Shown: piece by piece, positions 42,775 through 49,922 of the stretch
Position numbering within the stretch: position 1 is the stretch's first letter
How the letters are laid out: each line of letters begins with the position of its first letter
IMG/VR virus record: IMGVR_UViG_3300045988_139374
Location: 1 to 64,000 of that record
Reading direction: 5' to 3' (one strand)
DNA: 64,000 nucleotides
Origin: a virus
Made by a program: the position numbers and the translations under genes
The notes under the pieces: model-generated
Databases searched by the model: none
Seen by the model: only the letters and a program-made list of their open reading frames with translations
Told to the model about the DNA's origin: nothing

Positions 42775-43323
42775 ATGAATTATTGTAAGATTAAACAATG
42801 TGATATTGCTGATGGATTGGGAGTTAGAGTATCTTTATTTGTTTCTGGCTGCACTAATCACTGCAAAGGATGTTTTCAACCTGAGACATGGGATTTCAAT
42901 TATGGTTGGGAATTTGATAAGAGCACTGAAGATACTGTAATTAGATCTCTTAAACAGAATTATGTAAATGGACTTACTCTATTAGGAGGAGATCCATTTG
43001 AACCTAAGAATCAATATCCGTTATATCAGTTTCTTCTTAGAGTAAAGAAAGAAGTTCCTGATAAAGATATCTGGGCATATACAGGATTTAGATTTGAAGA
43101 TATTCTTGATCCTACTGCATATCCTCATACTAATTGTTCTGAAAAATATATGAATCTTATTGATGTTCTTGTAGATGGTCCTTATGAAGAAGAGTTACAT
43201 TCTCCTGCACTTAAGTTTAGAGGATCTTCTAATCAGAGAATTATTGATGTAAAGAAATCTATCGAGTCTAATCAAATCATTTTGGTACCGATTATTGATA
43301 GAGAATATAATCCTAGCCTTTAA
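42775..43323 (+). CDS. nrdG: anaerobic ribonucleotide reductase activating protein (radical SAM)
   Basis: GVRVSLFVSGCTNHCKGCFQPETW matches the NrdG CxxxCxxC cluster region. Confidence 0.9.
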   Translation: MNYCKIKQCDIADGLGVRVSLFVSGCTNHCKGCFQPETWDFNYGWEFDKSTEDTVIRSLKQNYVNGLTLLGGDPFEPKNQYPLYQFLLRVKKEVPDKDIWAYTGFRFEDILDPTAYPHTNCSEKYMNLIDVLVDGPYEEELHSPALKFRGSSNQRIIDVKKSIESNQIILVPIIDREYNPSL

Positions 43324-43382
43324 AAATCTATTACTGAAGATACATCTATATACCATATAAAATAAATTTGGAGGTAAATATT

Positions 43383-43937
43383 ATGGATTTCACTAGTGCT
43401 TTTGTTTCTATGCAGCAGGGTCATAAAGTAACTCGTACCACTTGGAAAGGTTATTGGTGCATTCTGAATGGCGAGATCATTATGGTTACTAAAGATGGTA
43501 AAGCTGTTAATCTTCGTGAATCTCCTGACATGATGTATACCATTTCTAATATGCTCTGTGACGACTGGGGCGTATGTGATGATCGGGTGGTATCTATGAT
43601 GCCTGGAGAATCTGCTACTACAGCATCTAAGATTGATCCGAAGAATATTCGTAGTGATGCTAAAGTAAATAAGCATGAAGAGCAGAAGAAGAAACCTGAA
43701 TACACTTATAATATCAAGAAGCCTGATATTAATAACGATAAAGATACTTCTAAGGATGAGACTAAGTCTACTTCATATTCTGCATCCAAAAAGAATAAAT
43801 ACAATGCATACTGCAATGCAATTGTAGTAGATAATGAAGGCAAGGTTCACAAGATCACTCTGGACAATATTCCTGAGTTGAAACAGTTTGTCAAAGATGA
43901 TGACACTCTTAAGAGACTTATTAACTGGCTGATGTAA
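43383..43937 (+). CDS. DUF2829-domain protein (Tad2-like candidate) with a Lys-rich linker and a small C-terminal domain
   Basis: MDFTSAFVSMQQGHKVTRTTWKGYW...LCDDWGV fits the DUF2829 signature (F..A...M..G.KV.R..W.G ... DW); GGAGG SD. Confidence 0.55.
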   Translation: MDFTSAFVSMQQGHKVTRTTWKGYWCILNGEIIMVTKDGKAVNLRESPDMMYTISNMLCDDWGVCDDRVVSMMPGESATTASKIDPKNIRSDAKVNKHEEQKKKPEYTYNIKKPDINNDKDTSKDETKSTSYSASKKNKYNAYCNAIVVDNEGKVHKITLDNIPELKQFVKDDDTLKRLINWLM

Positions 43938-43959
43938 AAAATAAAGAGAGGTATTAATA

Positions 43960-45183
43960 ATGGGACTACTTGCAGATCGTTTTAGAGCTCAAATGGCAAA
44001 GACAAAAGACCCTAGAATGGAAGAAGCAAATGCAGACGTGCTATACCCCACAGGGTTTCTTCCGTTCGACTTTCTAAATGGATATCGAGTTCATGTAAAG
44101 TCCGAAACTGAGGACTTCTGGTATAATTCTGTAGGAATTGTCGATGGCTCGTCAGTAAGTTTCGCTGGGCGCTCGGGATCGGGGAAAACCACGGCGGCTA
44201 TTCAGATGGCTGCTAATATTGTTAGACCTTTTCCTGAGGCTACTATCTTCTTTGATGATATTGAAGGTGGATCTAATGCTACTCGTAGAGAGCTTCTGAC
44301 ACACTTTACTCCTGAGGAAGCTGAACAAAGAATCATTTATAGAAATACTGCAGTATCTGCAGAAAACTTCTATAAGAGAATTGCTTCTATTTATGAGATT
44401 AAAATGAATAATAGAGCAGACTTTGAATACGATACAGGTAAGCTAGATTCTAGAGGAAATAAGATTTATAAGCTTATTCCTACTGTATATATTCTTGATT
44501 CTTTGGCTATGCTTACTCCTGAGAAGTTGACTGAAGAAGAAGAACTTAGTGGACAGATGTCTACTACTGCTACAGCTAAGACTAATACTGCAGTATTTAA
44601 AAGAATCGTTCCTAAGTTGAAAGCTGCTAATATTATTCTATTTACTATCAATCATATCAATGATAAGATTGAAGTAAATGCTTTTACTCACACTAAGTCT
44701 CAGGTTAGTTTCTTGAAACCTGGTGAAACTCTTCCTGGTGGTAAAGCAGCATTGTATCTGGCAAATAACTTGATTCGTGTAGATGATGGTGCTAAGTTGA
44801 AAGAAACTGATGGTCTTGGAATTAATGGTAAGATTGTTGATTTTGAGATCATTAAGTCTCGTACCAATGCTGCTGGTAGATCTGTTCCTATGGTATTTGA
44901 TTTTACCAATGGTTTTGATGACATTCTTTCATTGTTTATGTTCCTAAAGTCCACTGGTGCTATTATTACTGGTGCTACTTGCTATCTTCGTGGACATGAA
45001 GATATGAAGTTTAGGCAGAGAGATTTTAAGAATAAACTGTTTAATGATCCTGAATTTGCTAAAGCATTTAATAAAGTTGCTAGAGCAGAATTGGAAACTC
45101 TATTGGGTAATCCTGAGGTTGAGGAACAGAAAAATATTACTCAACCTAATCAGAATATCATTAATAGTATTCTTGGATTGTAA
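43960..45183 (+). CDS. RecA/UvsX-family recombinase
   Basis: Walker A GRSGSGKTT. Walker B-like hydrophobic strand TVYILDS. Size ~400 aa. Confidence 0.7.
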   Translation: MGLLADRFRAQMAKTKDPRMEEANADVLYPTGFLPFDFLNGYRVHVKSETEDFWYNSVGIVDGSSVSFAGRSGSGKTTAAIQMAANIVRPFPEATIFFDDIEGGSNATRRELLTHFTPEEAEQRIIYRNTAVSAENFYKRIASIYEIKMNNRADFEYDTGKLDSRGNKIYKLIPTVYILDSLAMLTPEKLTEEEELSGQMSTTATAKTNTAVFKRIVPKLKAANIILFTINHINDKIEVNAFTHTKSQVSFLKPGETLPGGKAALYLANNLIRVDDGAKLKETDGLGINGKIVDFEIIKSRTNAAGRSVPMVFDFTNGFDDILSLFMFLKSTGAIITGATCYLRGHEDMKFRQRDFKNKLFNDPEFAKAFNKVARAELETLLGNPEVEEQKNITQPNQNIINSILGL

Positions 45184-45198
45184 TAGGAGAATAGATAA

Positions 45199-45657
45199 AT
45201 GAAAGAAATTCTTAATAATAATACACTTAGTGTAATGATCTTTCTATACTGTGTATTATTTATCGGAGCAATATTGTGTATCATTAAAGATAATATTGTA
45301 AATGATAAAAAAGGTTTAAATCCTCAGATTGCAATGATTGTATCACTTGGAGTATTTTCAATTGGTGTATTGACTGTTGTCTGCAGATGTATTTATTTAT
45401 TCTCTTCTTTCATCATTACTAAGATTCTTACCAAAATGATTCGTAGTGATATGCTTTGGACAATTGTTGGAGCTATTGTAATTGGTGTAGCTACAACAAT
45501 TTACTGGCTTATTAAAATCGATGATCTTTCTGATAATAATCCTAATGAAGAAAGTGATCAGACTTATGAATCAGATAAGAATGATGAGATTGAACCACAT
45601 GAAGAAGCAGCTGTAGAAACTGTTGACGCTGTACCTGAAGAGCATACTAATATTTAA
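45199..45657 (+). CDS. integral membrane protein (3-4 TM) with an acidic C-terminal tail
   Basis: hydrophobic segments; AGGAG SD. Confidence 0.8.
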   Translation: MKEILNNNTLSVMIFLYCVLFIGAILCIIKDNIVNDKKGLNPQIAMIVSLGVFSIGVLTVVCRCIYLFSSFIITKILTKMIRSDMLWTIVGAIVIGVATTIYWLIKIDDLSDNNPNEESDQTYESDKNDEIEPHEEAAVETVDAVPEEHTNI

Positions 45658-45660
45658 AGC

Positions 45661-45704
45661 AAAAAACTGGTCTAGAGAGAAATCTCTAGACCTTTTATTT
45701 TTAT
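45661..45704 (+). terminator. intrinsic terminator, GGTCTAGAGAGAAATCTCTAGACC family copy 1
   Basis: about 43 nt identical to the 49774-49816 copy. Confidence 0.9.
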
Positions 45705-45722
45705 TTATGGAGGATATTTTAT

Positions 45723-46475
45723 ATGGGCAGAATGTATAATATCCAAAGTGGAGATATCTTTGGAAGACTAGTTGTTATTGGAAAAGCAGCAGATTTCATA
45801 GATCCGAAAAGTAAAAAGCATATGACACAGTATCTATGCCAATGTAGTTGCCCTGAAAGAAATACTGTAATTGTAAAAGCTAAGAATCTTGTAGGAAACA
45901 TTACTAGATCATGTGGATGCTTAAGACGAGAAACTACTGCTGCTAAATTTAATAATAAACCTATAGAAAATTATCCTCCTTGTGGATATTATGTAAATGA
46001 AGTAATCTATGCATATCATTATATGATTTATGAAGCTACAAGAGCTCCAGAAACTAAGCACTTTAATATTCCTGTATATGGAGAATGGATTAATTCTAAA
46101 ACTGGAATAAAAGCATTTTATGATGATATGTCTCCTACATATGAATTAGGATGTAAAATTGGTAGAATTAATGACTCTCTTGGGTATAGACCTGATAACT
46201 GTATTTGGGTAGAAAAGAGTATAAAACAATTCGATAGAATAAATGATATGGTAATTAGATATGAAGAATCTTCATATATGGTATCTGAATGGAATAGAGC
46301 AATGGGATATGAAAAGAATACCATAAGAGATAGAATTATAGATGGATATTCCTATGAAGATGCTATATCTGGAACTTATGATGATAGAGATTTTGATTAT
46401 GTAAATGCTATATTTTTTATGGACAAATATGGAAGACCAATAAATAATGAATATGCTAAATATATGATATTCTAA
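45723..46475 (+). CDS. Zn-ribbon plus degenerate HNH-like plus one HTH-like repeat; homing-endonuclease-like family
   Basis: FGRLVVI...CQCSC...SCGC; GRINDSLGYRPDNCIW; C-terminal NAIFFMDKYGRPI. Confidence 0.7.
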   Translation: MGRMYNIQSGDIFGRLVVIGKAADFIDPKSKKHMTQYLCQCSCPERNTVIVKAKNLVGNITRSCGCLRRETTAAKFNNKPIENYPPCGYYVNEVIYAYHYMIYEATRAPETKHFNIPVYGEWINSKTGIKAFYDDMSPTYELGCKIGRINDSLGYRPDNCIWVEKSIKQFDRINDMVIRYEESSYMVSEWNRAMGYEKNTIRDRIIDGYSYEDAISGTYDDRDFDYVNAIFFMDKYGRPINNEYAKYMIF

Positions 46476-46482
46476 AAATAAT

Positions 46483-46530
46483 AAGAGATAGATATTATAA
46501 ATATGATTAGAGATTGATATTATTTCTAAT
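46483..46530 (+). promoter_or_regulatory. phage promoter box (ATAGATATTATAAATATG) plus 5' stem-loop 46506-46530
   Basis: core box match inside the tandem HNH-like gene array. Confidence 0.55.
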
Positions 46531-46553
46531 TTATTATTAAAGGAGTGAAATAT

Positions 46554-47054
46554 ATGAGTAGACTAATTGATTTAACTGGACAAAGATTTGGTAGACTCTA
46601 TGTATTGGGTAGAGATGAAAATCATTTTGGCCATCCTTATAGAAGAGAGGCATTCTGGTGGTGTCAATGCAGTTGCCCAGAACATACAACAATTTCTGTT
46701 TGCGGTACTGCTCTTAGATCTGGTCATACTACATCTTGCGGATGCTACCAAAGAGAAAATAATCATAGACTAGTTACTCATAAAAGAGTATATAAGAAAG
46801 GACTTAGTAAAGAATATCCTGAGCTTCTTAAATATTGGGAAAGGTTGATGAAATTTAAGAAAGATTTACTCTGTGATAGATGGAAAGATGAAGAAAATGG
46901 TGTATATAATTTCATAGATGATATGAAAAATACTCATTTTAAGAGAGCAAGAATTCACAGAAAAGATCCACTTCTACCTTATAGTAAGGAAAATTGTTTC
47001 TGGGATTCAAGAAATTATATTGTAGATCTTCCATTAAAAAATAAGGAGTTGTAA
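46554..47054 (+). CDS. Zn-ribbon protein, truncated member of the HNH-like family
   Basis: FGRLYVL...CQCSC...SCGC; retains only ...YSKENCFW of the nuclease-like motif; AAAGGAG SD. Confidence 0.7.
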   Translation: MSRLIDLTGQRFGRLYVLGRDENHFGHPYRREAFWWCQCSCPEHTTISVCGTALRSGHTTSCGCYQRENNHRLVTHKRVYKKGLSKEYPELLKYWERLMKFKKDLLCDRWKDEENGVYNFIDDMKNTHFKRARIHRKDPLLPYSKENCFWDSRNYIVDLPLKNKEL

Positions 47055-47057
47055 AAT

Positions 47058-47507
47058 GTGTCTATTGGTTCTGTAATTCAACCTGGAGATAAGTATAATC
47101 ATCTAACAGTACTTGAGAGAGTAGAAGATAGGAAATTTCCTAATGGAGAAAAGAAACCAACTTTTCTCTGTGAGTGTGACTGTCCTGAAAGAAATAGAAT
47201 AGTAGTCATTGGAGAATATCTTAGAAATGGACATACCAAATCTTGTGGTTGTCTATTGAAAGAAGTTCAAAGTCATGTTGGAGATATGACTAGAACTCAT
47301 GGATTATCTAAAACTAAAGAGGCAATAGTTTATTATCATCTTACAAGTAGGCATCCAGATGAACTATGTGAAAGATGGGCAAAAGATAATCCTAATGGAA
47401 TGGTAAATTTCTATAATGATATGCACATCTCTTATAAACCCGGAAGTAGGCTCGCTAAGAAATATCCTACTGAAAATTATGGCCCCAAGAACTGTTATTG
47501 GCTATAA
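47058..47507 (+). CDS. Zn-ribbon protein, truncated member of the HNH-like family (GTG start)
   Basis: CECDC...SCGC; C-terminal YGPKNCYW; AAGGAG SD 9 nt upstream. Confidence 0.65.
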   Translation: MSIGSVIQPGDKYNHLTVLERVEDRKFPNGEKKPTFLCECDCPERNRIVVIGEYLRNGHTKSCGCLLKEVQSHVGDMTRTHGLSKTKEAIVYYHLTSRHPDELCERWAKDNPNGMVNFYNDMHISYKPGSRLAKKYPTENYGPKNCYWL

Positions 47508-47530
47508 ATTTTATAAAAGGAGATAAACAA

Positions 47531-49771
47531 ATGGCAAGTAACTTTGTAGATCAGGTTAGAGAGGCAGCCAGCTATTTAAGTTCGCCAGAACAGATGCTAG
47601 GAAAAGGTCTAAATATTCCTAATAATGCTACTAATAGTGGTGGACGAAAGATTATGGGTAACACCCATCAGTCTCATTCTCTAGTTCTTACTCGTGGAGA
47701 GATTCCATATGTAGCAACTGGCTATGAAAATAGATTTGGTGAAAGATCTTCTTCTATCATTCAGATGGATGATGATTATGAAGTAATCGCTAAGATTTCT
47801 AAATTTTCATATGCTCCTAACCATCACTATTATCTCATTCTCAGAAGTCTTTCTAAGAATGAATTAACTGTAGTAGAACGTATTTCCTATAAATATGTAA
47901 CAGAAGTTTATGGCTATCTTCATAATAATGCCATTATGGATAATTATAGTAACCCTGGTACTATTATTCATAAAGGCGATATTATTAGAAGATCCACTGG
48001 TTTTGATCAGTATGGCAATAAGACTAGTGGACGTAATATCAATGTTGCATATATGGCACTAGATAATAATATGGAAGACTCTGTTGTTATTTCTAGTAGA
48101 TGCAGTGATCTTCTGTCTGCTCCTTTACTTCGTACTGTAAAGATCATTATTAATGAAAATGATATTCCTCTGAATATCTATGGCAATGATGATATGTATA
48201 AGGTATATCCTGATATTGGTGAAGATGTCAAAGATGGCATCCTTATGGCATATAGAAGAGATAAAAAGGAAGAAGCAATCTATACTCAGTCTGTTAAGAG
48301 ATTGCAAGAGATTATGATGTCTGATGATAAGATTACCATTAAAGGTAAGGTCATTGATATTAATATCTATTGTAATAATCCTGAGTATATTAAGACCAAT
48401 GCATATAATCAGCAGTTCCTTGCATATTATGAAGATAGGCAAAGAATGAATCAGGAGATTGTAAATGTAGTTGGTACATTTGCAACTCAAGGATATAGTC
48501 TCAGCTATGACTTGAATAAAATGTTCTATACTGCTAAAGCTGAACTTGAAGGTAAAAAGTTTATTGATAAAAAGCAATTTAGCAATATTACTATTGAATT
48601 TGTAGTAATGGAAAATCGTAAGCTTGGTGTTGGAGATAAAGTTTCTGATAGATATGGCGGAAAGGGTGTTGTTTCTAAGATCGTTGATACTGAATTAATG
48701 CCTAAAATGTATAATGGCCAGCCTATTGATATGATCAAGAATTCTTCTACGATGTATAACCGAGAGAATGCTGGTCAGATCTTTGAGCATGAGATCAATT
48801 ATATTTCTATGAATATCTTAGACAGAATTAGAGAAGGCAATATGAATCTTCAAGATGCATTTGATGACATTTTGAAATTCTTGAGTCTTCAGTCTCCGCA
48901 ACAGTGTCAAGATATGAGCACCTATATCAATTCTTTGGATTATAGACAGCAGAATGCTTTTCTTGAGAGCATTCTGAACAAGACTTGTATCAATGTATCG
49001 AATAATCCCATTTCTGAAACTATGAATATCGATAAATTGATTACTCTCTATAAAGCTTTTCCTTGGATTGATGAAAAGAGAATCTTGGTTCCTATTGTAG
49101 ATTCTCGTGGCAATTATAGATTCATTCCTACCAGAAGACCTATGATTGCTGCTCCTCAGTATGTCATTCGTCTGAAGCAGTTTGCTGAAGAGAAATTCTC
49201 TGCTGCTAGTTTGTCTTCTACTAACCTTAAAAATGAGAATGCAAAGAGTAAAGCTTCTAAGAATTATAGAGAGCCTAACTCTAATACTCCTATTAAACTG
49301 GGTCAGATGGAATCCGGTGACCTGGATCATATGGGAACAGAATATGTTGTTATCAACCTTTTGCTGCATTCTCTGTCTCCTCATGCAAGACGTTTAGTTG
49401 AGCAGATTGCTATTAATGATCCTTACAATGTCAATGTTCAAATTGATACCACATCTAAGAATAGATCTGCAGAAATCCTTAATGCAAGATTGAAGATTAT
49501 GGGATATAAGATTACTTTCTCTAAGAAAAGAAAGATTAAGAGATATCCTATGATGCAAAATGCAGTAGAATTCCTTGGTAATCCTAATGGAATGACTCCT
49601 GCTATTGAATTCATGGATGAAGGATATGATTTTGATCATTGGTATAAGACTGTAGACGAAATTAAGAAGATCAGTAGTATGCTAGGATTTACTATTGATG
49701 CTGTATCTTTCTCTGATGATATAGAAGATGTGCAACCTGTTTATCCTAAAGATGATATTACTGAAGAATAA
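47531..49771 (+). CDS. multisubunit RNA polymerase beta subunit, C-terminal half (split gene)
   Basis: GDKVSDRYGGKGVVSKI, cf. bacterial beta GDKMAGRHGNKGVISK. N-terminal GRKIMGNTHQSHSLVL...PYVATGYE, cf. ANMQRQAVP...PLVGTGME. AAAGGAG SD at the MASNF start. Confidence 0.85.
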   Translation: MASNFVDQVREAASYLSSPEQMLGKGLNIPNNATNSGGRKIMGNTHQSHSLVLTRGEIPYVATGYENRFGERSSSIIQMDDDYEVIAKISKFSYAPNHHYYLILRSLSKNELTVVERISYKYVTEVYGYLHNNAIMDNYSNPGTIIHKGDIIRRSTGFDQYGNKTSGRNINVAYMALDNNMEDSVVISSRCSDLLSAPLLRTVKIIINENDIPLNIYGNDDMYKVYPDIGEDVKDGILMAYRRDKKEEAIYTQSVKRLQEIMMSDDKITIKGKVIDINIYCNNPEYIKTNAYNQQFLAYYEDRQRMNQEIVNVVGTFATQGYSLSYDLNKMFYTAKAELEGKKFIDKKQFSNITIEFVVMENRKLGVGDKVSDRYGGKGVVSKIVDTELMPKMYNGQPIDMIKNSSTMYNRENAGQIFEHEINYISMNILDRIREGNMNLQDAFDDILKFLSLQSPQQCQDMSTYINSLDYRQQNAFLESILNKTCINVSNNPISETMNIDKLITLYKAFPWIDEKRILVPIVDSRGNYRFIPTRRPMIAAPQYVIRLKQFAEEKFSAASLSSTNLKNENAKSKASKNYREPNSNTPIKLGQMESGDLDHMGTEYVVINLLLHSLSPHARRLVEQIAINDPYNVNVQIDTTSKNRSAEILNARLKIMGYKITFSKKRKIKRYPMMQNAVEFLGNPNGMTPAIEFMDEGYDFDHWYKTVDEIKKISSMLGFTIDAVSFSDDIEDVQPVYPKDDITEE

Positions 49772-49773
49772 CT

Positions 49774-49816
49774 AAAAAACTGGTCTAGAGAGAAATCTCT
49801 AGACCTTTTATTTTTA
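49774..49816 (+). terminator. intrinsic terminator, GGTCTAGAGAGAAATCTCTAGACC family copy 2
   Basis: identical hairpin and flanks. Confidence 0.9.
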
Positions 49817-49824
49817 AAAATGAA

Positions 49825-49847
49825 ATTATTAAGATATTATAATAGTG
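49825..49847 (+). promoter_or_regulatory. phage promoter box (TTAAGATATTATAATAGTG)
   Basis: core box match; no clear hairpin. Confidence 0.55.
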
Positions 49848-49922
49848 ATAGAAAGGAGAAAATGGTTTATAATTATTGGTTCAACTTCGAAATATAGACA
49901 AGAAGAGAAAGGAGAAACATAA

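Noticed and set aside
49862-49897. 11-codon uORF (MVYNYWFNFEI) in the ligase leader as a regulatory leader peptide
   Set aside because: The SD-to-ATG spacing is only ~3 nt, so efficient initiation is unlikely. It is kept only as a side note in the ligase finding.
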